A DNA stretch of 64,000 nt from Candidatus Krumholzibacteriia bacterium (GTDB lineage Bacteria > Krumholzibacteriota > Krumholzibacteriia > LZORAL124-64-63), in assembly GCA_041390065.1 (NCBI GenBank), contig JAWKQQ010000024.1:5901-69900 (forward strand), in the 5' to 3' direction. Of this stretch, positions 19,410-27,563 are shown one piece after another; the first letter of the stretch is position 1, and each line of letters starts with the position of its first letter. A model generated the notes under the pieces. It had not been told where the DNA came from. It searched no databases and was given only the letters and a program-made list of their open reading frames with translations. Position numbers and translations under genes: made by a program.

Positions 19410-22091
19410 CTAGTCGTTGAGTCGAGCCTGCATCCAGACGCGCTGCCGCATCGCCTCGATCTCGGCGAAGGGCGACAGCCAGCGTCCGGCCTCGTCAGGC
19501 CCGGTGATGGCCAGCCGGCTGACCGCGCACCAGCGCGGCTCCGGCAGGTCCGCCCCGAACAGGGCGGCCAGGAAATCGTGCACGGGCAGACCGGCGCCTT
19601 CGAGGCGCAGCAGGCTCACCCGGAGGGTCAGCGGATCGTCGGCGAGCCAAGCCAACCCGTCTTCGGGGACGAGCCGACGCGCATCCACCACCTTGTCCGG
19701 CTTGCCCTGACGCTGCCGGTTCCACGGCCACGTCGTGGCCGCCAGGAAGGCCGACACCGCCGCGTCCGCCACCCGCCGGTCCGGCCCGCCCTCGACGGGC
19801 AGGACCACCCGATAGTCGAACCGCTCGGCCAGGGCGTCGATGCTCGGCGGCGCGATGGATCCCACCGTGATCGCGCGGATCAACTCGAGTCCCGCCGGCA
19901 GCACCGCCCGCAGACGCGGCTCCCAGCCGGGCTCGATCCACTCGAACGCCAGGTCGAGGACCTCCCGCTCGCCAGCCACGCCCACCGGCAACGGTGGGCC
20001 ATACTTGACCAGCGGATGCGGATGATACCCCTTGCTGTAGGCCACCGGCAAGCCGGAACGACGCAGGGCCTGGTGCAGGAGGCGCTGGAAATCCAGGTGG
20101 CCAAGAAAGACCAGCCGGTCCCGCTTGGCAAACTCGAGCCGGCACCAGATCTTCGCCGACGCCCGCTCGCGCCAGCGCGCCCAGCGGGGGTCCTCGTCGG
20201 CCGCCGGCGTCGACGGCGCCGCCGCCGGGGCGGCCGGTTCCGGCATGGGCGCGGGCACGTCCGGCTCCAGATCGGCGATCACGTGCGCGAAACCGTCGCC
20301 ACAGGCGGCGCAGCCCTCGCACGGACCGTCCAGCCGGCAATCCGGCGTGGGCTCGCCGGCCAGGGCGCGCGCCCATTCCCGGCGGTGGTAATCGTCGTCC
20401 ACCGGCCCCTGGACCAGACGCCAGGGCAGCGGCGCCTCCGGGTCGCGGGGCGCGACGACGGCGACCGGGTCGACCCCGCACGTCCGCATGGCCCGCCACC
20501 ACCGGTCGGCCGCGAACCACTCGTCCCAGGCATCGAGCCGCGCCCCCTGCCGCCAGGCCTCCTCGACGACGTCGGCCAGGCGTTCGTCGCCGAGGCCGAG
20601 CACCGCCTCGAGCACGCTGACGTCGGGGTCGCGCAGGCTCACCTTCACGTTGAAGCGACGCAGCCGCTTGGCGAGGTACTGGTTGCGCCGCTCGATCTCC
20701 TCGCGCGGGATCTGGCCCGCCCACTGGAACGGCGTGTGGGCCTTGGGCGCGAACGGCGACACCGACACCGTGATCTGCGAGCCGCCCCGCGGCGCCAGCG
20801 CGACGAGCTGGCCGACGAGGGCGACGATGCCGTCGAGGTCGTCGTTCGTCTCGGTCGGCAGGCCGATCATGAAGTAGAGCTTCACGCGGCCGATCCCGCG
20901 CTTGAAGGCCACCCGCGCGGCGTCGACGATCTCGGCCTCGGTGATCTGCTTGTTGATCACGTCGCGCAATCGCTGGGTTCCGGCCTCCGGCGCGAACGTG
21001 ACGCTGGCGGGACGCTCCCGGCCGACGCGGTCCAGGAGGTCACCGTCGAGGCTGTCCATGCGCAGGCTGGGCAGCACGAGGTTGGTGCGGGTGCCCGCGA
21101 GCCCGTCCTGGATCCCGGCCACCGCCGGTCCGAGGCCGGTGTAGTCGCCGGTGGACAGGGACAGGAGCCCCACCTCGGCGTACCCCGCCGCCTGGCTCGC
21201 GTCGCGCGCCTGGCGGACGACCGCCGCCACGTCGCGCTCGCGCACCGGCCGCTGGATCATGCCCGCCTGGCAGAACCGGCAGCCGCGGGCGCAGCCGCGC
21301 ATCACCTCGACCGCCAGCCGGTCGTGCACCGGCTCGGTGATCGCCACCAGCGGCCGCGGAGCCGGCAGGCGGTTGAGGTCCTGCACCACGCGGGCCGCGA
21401 CCGGCGTGGCCACGCCCTCCCACCAGGCGCCGGGAATCGCGCGGGCGGCCGCGAGCAGGGCCTCGCGGCCGACGCCGGCCGTCCGCGCGCGGGCGACCAC
21501 GCTCACCAGATCGTCCAGCGCCTCCTCGCCGTCGCCGGGCAGCATCAGGTCGCAGAAGGGCCCGCAGACCGAGGGATTCATGGTACAGGAGCCGCCGGCC
21601 ACCACCAGCGGGCCGCCCGGGACCCGATCGCGTGCCCGCAGGGCGAGGCCGGACAGGTGCAGCATCGTCAGAACGTTGGTGTAGGCCAGTTCGTAGCCGA
21701 CGCTGAAGCCGATCACATCGAAGCTCGCCGCGGGCCGCCGGCTCTGCAGGCCGAACAGCGGCAGACCTTCGGCGCGCATCGCCGCCTCCATGTCGGGCCA
21801 GGGCGCGAAGGCGAGGTCGCAGAAGGTGTCCGCACGGTCGGCCAGCAGGCTGTAGAGGACGCGCAGCCCCGTGTGGGACATGCCGACCTCGTAGGCGTCG
21901 GGAAAGCAGAGCAGCACGTTGACGCCGTCGGACCGCCAGCGATCGCCGGGCACCGCCCCGTCCTCGCCGCCGACGTACCGGGCCGGGCGGTTGACCAGCG
22001 GCAGGACCCGCCGTTCGAGCGCCTCGCTCAAGACGCGAGGATCGTCGAAACGGCGGTCGGGCCGCCAGATGCCGTCGCCGCCCTGGCTCAT
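19410..22091 (-). CDS. Radical SAM protein of the TIGR03960 type fused to a TIGR03936/DUF2344 domain
   Basis: The N-terminus reads RPARYVGGE...LLCFPDAYEVGMSHTGLRVLY...FAPWPDME...FSVGYELAYTN. The cluster motif is CARGCRFCQAG. The C-terminal half reads FLGHLDFQRLLHQALRRSGLPVAYSKGYHPHP. The start overlaps the purF stop (ATGA). Confidence 0.8.
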   Translation of the reverse strand: MSQGGDGIWRPDRRFDDPRVLSEALERRVLPLVNRPARYVGGEDGAVPGDRWRSDGVNVLLCFPDAYEVGMSHTGLRVLYSLLADRADTFCDLAFAPWPDMEAAMRAEGLPLFGLQSRRPAASFDVIGFSVGYELAYTNVLTMLHLSGLALRARDRVPGGPLVVAGGSCTMNPSVCGPFCDLMLPGDGEEALDDLVSVVARARTAGVGREALLAAARAIPGAWWEGVATPVAARVVQDLNRLPAPRPLVAITEPVHDRLAVEVMRGCARGCRFCQAGMIQRPVRERDVAAVVRQARDASQAAGYAEVGLLSLSTGDYTGLGPAVAGIQDGLAGTRTNLVLPSLRMDSLDGDLLDRVGRERPASVTFAPEAGTQRLRDVINKQITEAEIVDAARVAFKRGIGRVKLYFMIGLPTETNDDLDGIVALVGQLVALAPRGGSQITVSVSPFAPKAHTPFQWAGQIPREEIERRNQYLAKRLRRFNVKVSLRDPDVSVLEAVLGLGDERLADVVEEAWRQGARLDAWDEWFAADRWWRAMRTCGVDPVAVVAPRDPEAPLPWRLVQGPVDDDYHRREWARALAGEPTPDCRLDGPCEGCAACGDGFAHVIADLEPDVPAPMPEPAAPAAAPSTPAADEDPRWARWRERASAKIWCRLEFAKRDRLVFLGHLDFQRLLHQALRRSGLPVAYSKGYHPHPLVKYGPPLPVGVAGEREVLDLAFEWIEPGWEPRLRAVLPAGLELIRAITVGSIAPPSIDALAERFDYRVVLPVEGGPDRRVADAAVSAFLAATTWPWNRQRQGKPDKVVDARRLVPEDGLAWLADDPLTLRVSLLRLEGAGLPVHDFLAALFGADLPEPRWCAVSRLAITGPDEAGRWLSPFAEIEAMRQRVWMQARLND

Positions 22092-23545
22092 GCGTCGGGT
22101 CGTCGCTCGTCGGGAGTGCGCGGCCGCAGCAGGATCTCCGCGCCCTCGGCGTGGCGGTCGAACACGTCTTTATCCAGCTCGGCGTCGAAGGCCACGGGGT
22201 ACTTGCCCGAGAAGCAGGCCGTGCAGTAGCGCTCGGCCTCGCCCGTGGCCTCGAGCAGTCCGTCGAGGGTGAGGTAGTTGAGGCTGTCGACCCGGAGGTA
22301 GGCCGCGATCTCGGCGACGGTGTGGCTGCTGGCGATCAGCTCCTTGCGCACCGGCGTGTCGATGCCGTAGTAGCAGGGGTTGGTGACCGGCGGCGAGGCG
22401 ATGCGCAGGTGCACCTCCTCGGCCCCCGCCTGGCGCATCAGCTTCACCAGCTTGCGCATGGTGGTGCCGCGGACGATCGAGTCGTCCACCATGACGATCC
22501 GCTTGCCGGCCACCACCTCGCGCACGGGGTTGAACTTGATGCGTACGGACATGTCGCGCACCTGCTGCGCGGGCGAGATGAACGTGCGGCCGATGTAGTG
22601 GTTGCGGATGAGCGCCATCTCGAACGGCAGCCCGGTGGACCGCGCGTAGCCCAGGGCGGCGGTGTTGCTGCTGTCGGGCACGGCGGTCACCAGGTCGGCC
22701 GCGACCGGCGCCTCGCGGCCGAGGATCTCGCCGCTGCGCCGGCGCACCCGCTCGACGCTGATGCCGAAGACCTGGCTGTCGGGCCGCGAGAAGTAGACGT
22801 GTTCGAACACGCAGCGGCACTCACGCTCGCCGGCGGGTAGGCGGCGGCTCACCAGCTCGCCGTCGCCCAGGACCACCAGCTCGCCGGGCTCGATGTCCCG
22901 CAGGTAGCGGGCGCCGATGATGTCGAAGGCGCAGCTCTCGCTGGCCACCACGTAGCGGTCCTGGAAGCGGCCGAGGCACAGGGGCCGGAAGCCGAGGGGA
23001 TCGCGCGCGGCGATGACCTTGCTGCCGGTGATCACCACCAGGCTGTAGGCGCCGCGCACCTGCGGCAACGCTTCCATCAGCGCGTCCTCGGCCAGCTCGG
23101 CCTTGCTGCGGGCCATCAGGTGCAGGATGATCTCGCTGTCGCTGGTGGTCGAGAAGATGGAGCCCTGCTGCTCCATCGCGCGCCGGAGCTGCGGCGCGTT
23201 CACGAGGTTGCCGTTGTGCGCCAGGCTCACCGCGCCCCGGTGGTTGGCCACCTGGATCGGCTGGGCGTTGACGAGGTTGCTGCTGCCGCTGGTGCTGTAG
23301 CGCACGTGGCCGATGGCGTAGCTGCCGGGCATGCGCTTGAGGGTGTCCTCCTTGAACACCTCGGTCACCAGACCCATCGCCCGGTGGGTGTGGATGAGGT
23401 GGCCGTCCGACACGGTGATGCCGGCCGATTCCTGGCCCCGGTGCTGCAGGGCGTGCAACGCCATGGACGCGAGCTCGGCGGCGCCGGGCACGCCGGCGAT
23501 GCCGACCACGCCGCATTCCTCCCTCCAGTGCCGTGCGTCGCTCAT
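22088..23545 (-). CDS. purF: Amidophosphoribosyltransferase
   Basis: The N-terminal nucleophile context is ECGVVGIAG. Other motifs are HALQHRGQESAGI, RYSTSGSS, and the PRPP loop MVDDSIVRGTT. Confidence 0.95.
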   Translation of the reverse strand: MSDARHWREECGVVGIAGVPGAAELASMALHALQHRGQESAGITVSDGHLIHTHRAMGLVTEVFKEDTLKRMPGSYAIGHVRYSTSGSSNLVNAQPIQVANHRGAVSLAHNGNLVNAPQLRRAMEQQGSIFSTTSDSEIILHLMARSKAELAEDALMEALPQVRGAYSLVVITGSKVIAARDPLGFRPLCLGRFQDRYVVASESCAFDIIGARYLRDIEPGELVVLGDGELVSRRLPAGERECRCVFEHVYFSRPDSQVFGISVERVRRRSGEILGREAPVAADLVTAVPDSSNTAALGYARSTGLPFEMALIRNHYIGRTFISPAQQVRDMSVRIKFNPVREVVAGKRIVMVDDSIVRGTTMRKLVKLMRQAGAEEVHLRIASPPVTNPCYYGIDTPVRKELIASSHTVAEIAAYLRVDSLNYLTLDGLLEATGEAERYCTACFSGKYPVAFDAELDKDVFDRHAEGAEILLRPRTPDERRPDA

Positions 23546-23567
23546 CTCGGATCCTTCCTGACGCCCC

Positions 23568-24179
23568 TCACGGGCGCCGCACGCGCAGCAACCAGCCGTG
23601 CAGGTGGGGGTTGATCAGCAGGCCCTGCGAGCCGCCGCGCGCGACCGCGAGGCGCTCGCCCAGCCGGGCCGGATCGCGACCGTCGGCATCGAGCACCAGG
23701 CGCCAGAGCACGCCCGAACGCACCGGCTCGACCTCGCCCAGCGGCAGGGCCACCACGTCGACGGCGACGCACCCGTCGGGCACCGGTCCGCCCAGCAGGG
23801 CGGTGGCCAGGGTCGGCTCCAGGGTCGGCAGATCGGTGGCCACCGGCTCGCCCGGCCAGCCCGCCGGCAACTCGGCGCCGCCGGTCACCATCTCGTCGGT
23901 CCAGGGCTCGGGCAGGACGCCGGCGAAGTGACCGTAGTGGTGCTTGTTGGGGTTGAAGTAACGGCCGATCCGCAGCAGGTCGGCGATGCACCGGCCGCCG
24001 CCGTCACCGTCGAGCAGGTGCACCTCGCAGCGGGCGAGCGACCGCAGGGCCTCGCCACCCTCGAGCCGCCGCTGCATCACGCGCACCGCCGTGGCCGCGT
24101 GCAGGTCGACGCCCTTGTGGCTGACGAGCAGGGTGGTCTGGTTCACCATGGTCAAGGCCTCCGCCGGGTGGCTCAGCAT
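23568..24179 (-). CDS. Tandem PurS-like protein (two PurS-type repeats), putative FGAM synthase subunit
   Basis: Only the 3' ~600 nt of track ORF 23568..25277 can be coding. One start at 24179 overlaps the purLQ stop (ATGCTGA); an alternative ATG lies at 24149. The two halves each resemble the ~80-aa PurS pattern: LLVSHKGVDLHAATAV...RYFNPNKHHY and VDVVALPLG...GLLINPHLHGW. The similarity is weak and judged by eye. Confidence 0.45.
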   Translation of the reverse strand: MLSHPAEALTMVNQTTLLVSHKGVDLHAATAVRVMQRRLEGGEALRSLARCEVHLLDGDGGGRCIADLLRIGRYFNPNKHHYGHFAGVLPEPWTDEMVTGGAELPAGWPGEPVATDLPTLEPTLATALLGGPVPDGCVAVDVVALPLGEVEPVRSGVLWRLVLDADGRDPARLGERLAVARGGSQGLLINPHLHGWLLRVRRP

Positions 24180-27100
24180 AGTTCGATCAGACGGCGCAGC
24201 AACCACCAGCCCGGGCCGGCGGCTTCCAGGCGCTCGGCGTCGGCGGCCGCCCGCCGGCGCAGCGAGCCCCAGCTGTGGGGCAGATCCTCGGGCACCATGC
24301 GCAGCAGCAGCGCCCGTTCGGGGTGCGGCATGAGGGCGAGCACGTTGCCGCCGGGGTTGGTCAGGCCCGCGGTGTCGAGCAGCGACCCGTTGGGATTGCC
24401 GCCGCTGCCGCCGGCGAACGCACCGTAGCGCAACGCCAGCAGGCCCTGCTCCTGCAGCCGCAGGAAGAACGTCGGGTCCTCGTGCGTGAACTGTCCCTCG
24501 GCGTGCGCCATCGGCACGGGGAACGACCCGTCGATCCCCTGGACGAACGCGCAGCGGCTGCCGGGCACGGGCTCGAGGTTCACCCACCGCGAGTAGTAGC
24601 CGCGGCGCCCGGGCGCCCGGTTGGCGGCCAGGCCCACCTCGATGGCCCCGGGCTCGATGCCGGGCACGATGCCGCTCTCGACGAGCACCTGGCAACCGTT
24701 GCAGATGCCGAGGATCGGCTTGCCGCCGGCGGCCGCCTCGCGCAGCACCTCCAGCAGCGGGTCCCGGGCCGCGACGGCGCCGGCGCGCACCCGATCCTGG
24801 TAGCTGAAACCGCCGGGCACCAGGAAGCCGTCGAACGCGGCGAGCTCCGCCGCCGGTCGGGTCCAGCGGAAGATCTCCGCCTGGCCGCCGACGCGCACGA
24901 CCGCCGCCGCCGACTCCGTCTCGCAGTTGACGCCGGGCAGCTGCAGCACCGCGATCCGCGGCTGGCGCGACAGCACCGCCGGTCCGGGCTGCCGCCGCTC
25001 GTCGGCCGGCAGCGTGGCCGGCGTTCCGGGCAGCGCGGCCACGGCGGCCTCGCCGCCGAAGAGCCGGGGCAGGGATTGCTGCCAGGCGTCGGCGAGCCGC
25101 CCGACCCCGACGGCGACGTCGCCGCGACCACCGCCGCGAACGCGGATCTGCGGGTCGGCCGTGACCTTGCCCAGCGGCCACCACACCGCGCCGCCGAAGC
25201 TGAGCAGCTTCTCCACCTCGCCGGCGCTGCGCTCGGGGCAGGTGAGCACGAAGCCGCCGGCCTCGTTGAAGAGCCACTCGCGCAGGCTCAGCTCCGCGGG
25301 TGCGGCCGGCAGCGTGAGGTCCAGGCCGAGGCGCTGCTGGCCTTCGAGGCCGACGGCCATCTCGGCCAGGGCCACCGCGAGGCCCCCGTCGCTGATGTCG
25401 TGAACGGCGTTGACGATCCCCGCCCGGACCAGCGACAGGACCGCCCCCAGCTCGGCGCGCACCGCGTCGAACGCGAGCTCGGGCACGGCCGGCCGGCCGG
25501 CCTGGAAACCGGCGTCGAGGTACAGGCTGGCCCCCAGCTCGGGCGCCGGGCGTCCCACGACGTAGACGCGGTCGCCCGCCTCCTTGAGGTGCTGGCTGCG
25601 GCTACGCCGGTAGTCGTCGACCACCCCCACGCAGGCCACGACCGGCGACGGCGCCACCGATCGGCCGCTGGCCGACTGGTTGTAGAAGCTGACGTTGCCC
25701 GAGATCACCGGCAGCGGCTCGCCGGGGGCCGACAGGCGGCCCAGCGCCCGGCAGGCGTCGCCCACGCCGCGCACGGCCTCGGCGAACGTCCACATGGCCT
25801 CGGGCACCTCGGGGTTGCCGAAGTTGAGGCAGTCGGTGATGGCGGCGGGCTCCCCGCCCACGCAGACGACGTTGCGGCAGGCCTCGATCACGGCCCGGGC
25901 GCCGGCCGTGTAGGGGTCGGCCAGGCCCAGGAGCGGGTTGCCGTCGCAGGTCATGGCGACGGCCCGCCGGCTGCCCGGCACCGGCGCGACGACGCCGGCG
26001 TCGGCCTCGCCGGGACGCAGGATCGTGCTCGCCTGCACCTCGGGGTCGTAGTGACGGTAGAGGTACTCGCGGCTGGCCACGTTGGGGTGGGCCATGACGG
26101 CCACCCACTCGTCGGCGATCCGGTCCGAGTCGGCTTCCGGCAGGCGTTGGTCGGCCGGCACCTCGGTCCGCGCGGGCGCGGCCAGGGGCCGGTCGTAGCG
26201 GATGCCCTCGGTGATGGTGTCGATGGGCGCGTCGGCCAGGATCTCGTCGCCGCGGCGCAGGACGTAGCGGCGCTCGGTGGTGACCTCGCCGATGCGGCGG
26301 GCGCAGGCGCCGTCGTAGACGTCGGGCAGGGCGAAGTCCTCGTTGTAGATCTTCAGGACCGCGTCCACCAGGCGGCGCGGCACGGCCAGGCCGTAGCGCT
26401 CCTGGGTCTCGCTGCAGGCGCAGACGCGGGCCGGCAGGTCGGCGATCTGGTGCACGAGCGCGAGGTCCACGTTGCAGCCGAAGCCGCCGGCGTCGCAGAG
26501 CTCGCTGGTGACGCAGGCCACGCCGCCGGCGCCGAGGTCCTTGAAACCGATGGTGACGCCCGCCTCGCGGCACCTGGCGAGCACGGCGCGGTTGGCGACG
26601 GTCAGGATGCGCTTGAGGAACGGGTCCGGGGTCTGCACCGAGCCCTTGTTCTCGGTGGCCGCGGCGGCGTCGAGCGTGGCCGAGGCGAAGGCGGCGCCGC
26701 CCATGCCCGACCAGTCCGTCGGTTTGCCCACGAGGATGAGGTCGTAGGGCTCGCGGGCGGCCGCTTCCGGCACCCAGCTGTGGGTGATGTGGGCCTGGTC
26801 GACCAGGCCGATCGCGACCACGTTGACCAGGCAGTTCTCGTTGAACGAGTGGTGGAAGTAGACGTCGCCGCCCAGGTTGGGCACGCCCAGGGCGTTGGCG
26901 TACTCCCAGATGCCGGTGACAACCTCGCGGGCGATGTCGCGGCGGTGGTCGGCGCCGCGGTCGTCGGGCGACTCCGGGGCCGGCCAGCCGAAGCGCAGCG
27001 GGTCGAGGGTGGCGATGACCTCGCCGCCCATGCAGTAGACGTCGCGCACGATGCCGCCGATGCCGGTGGCCGCGCCCTCGACGGGCATGACCTGGCTGGG

Positions 27101-27454
27101 GTGGTTGTGGCTCTCGTGAGCCATGATGATGCCCCAGCGGCGGCCGTCGATCTCGCCGAAATCCACAACGCCGGCATCCTCCACGGGCCCGATCACCACG
27201 TTGCTGGCGTTGTTCGGCAGGTGCTTCTTCAGGTAGGGACGGCTGCTCTTGTACGAGCAGTGCTCGCTCCACATGGTGTCGAACAGGGTCATCTCGGTGA
27301 GGCTGGGATCGCGGCCGAGGAGGTCGGCCACCCGGCGGGCCTCGCTGGGCGCCAAGGTCAGGCCGTGCTGGCGCAGATACCGGCGCAGGCCGTCGTCATC
27401 GTATCGCCCCACGCCGATGGGATTCGAACTCTCGTCCTTGAGCGCCACGGACAC
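24173..27454 (-). CDS. purL: Phosphoribosylformylglycinamidine synthase, fused synthetase (PurL) and glutaminase (PurQ) domains
   Basis: The PurL part has DTMWSEHCSYKSSR, GAATGIGGIVRDV, and AIR-synthase-like repeats. The C-terminal PurQ part has IAVLQLPGVNCE, GICNGCQVL (nucleophile Cys) and MPHPER. The start is uncertain; I took the GTG at 27454, while the track ORF extends to 27643 through Pro/Arg-rich sequence. Confidence 0.85.
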   Translation of the reverse strand: MSVALKDESSNPIGVGRYDDDGLRRYLRQHGLTLAPSEARRVADLLGRDPSLTEMTLFDTMWSEHCSYKSSRPYLKKHLPNNASNVVIGPVEDAGVVDFGEIDGRRWGIIMAHESHNHPSQVMPVEGAATGIGGIVRDVYCMGGEVIATLDPLRFGWPAPESPDDRGADHRRDIAREVVTGIWEYANALGVPNLGGDVYFHHSFNENCLVNVVAIGLVDQAHITHSWVPEAAAREPYDLILVGKPTDWSGMGGAAFASATLDAAAATENKGSVQTPDPFLKRILTVANRAVLARCREAGVTIGFKDLGAGGVACVTSELCDAGGFGCNVDLALVHQIADLPARVCACSETQERYGLAVPRRLVDAVLKIYNEDFALPDVYDGACARRIGEVTTERRYVLRRGDEILADAPIDTITEGIRYDRPLAAPARTEVPADQRLPEADSDRIADEWVAVMAHPNVASREYLYRHYDPEVQASTILRPGEADAGVVAPVPGSRRAVAMTCDGNPLLGLADPYTAGARAVIEACRNVVCVGGEPAAITDCLNFGNPEVPEAMWTFAEAVRGVGDACRALGRLSAPGEPLPVISGNVSFYNQSASGRSVAPSPVVACVGVVDDYRRSRSQHLKEAGDRVYVVGRPAPELGASLYLDAGFQAGRPAVPELAFDAVRAELGAVLSLVRAGIVNAVHDISDGGLAVALAEMAVGLEGQQRLGLDLTLPAAPAELSLREWLFNEAGGFVLTCPERSAGEVEKLLSFGGAVWWPLGKVTADPQIRVRGGGRGDVAVGVGRLADAWQQSLPRLFGGEAAVAALPGTPATLPADERRQPGPAVLSRQPRIAVLQLPGVNCETESAAAVVRVGGQAEIFRWTRPAAELAAFDGFLVPGGFSYQDRVRAGAVAARDPLLEVLREAAAGGKPILGICNGCQVLVESGIVPGIEPGAIEVGLAANRAPGRRGYYSRWVNLEPVPGSRCAFVQGIDGSFPVPMAHAEGQFTHEDPTFFLRLQEQGLLALRYGAFAGGSGGNPNGSLLDTAGLTNPGGNVLALMPHPERALLLRMVPEDLPHSWGSLRRRAAADAERLEAAGPGWWLLRRLIELC

Positions 27455-27563
27455 CCCCTGGCTATGCGGCGGAACCGGAATCGGTGGACGGTCGGCAAGA
27501 ACCGACAATGTAGCGCCTGGCGCGCGAAACCAAAAGGCGGAAGCAGGGCGATGTCGTCCCGCA

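Noticed and set aside
24180-25277. Upstream 2/3 of the 569-aa ORF 23568..25277.
   Set aside because: It is out of frame over the PurQ glutaminase domain of the purLQ gene, and its composition is Arg/Ala/Gly junk. Only the part downstream of the purLQ stop is plausibly coding.
27455-27563. Possible purine or ZTP riboswitch in the leader of the purLQ operon.
   Set aside because: The region is only about 110 nt. It lacks the GGGUCGUGAC...CCGCCUGGGC pfl/ZTP core and the purine-riboswitch loop motifs. It contains just a plausible promoter (TTTGGT-16-TACATT) and a small hairpin.
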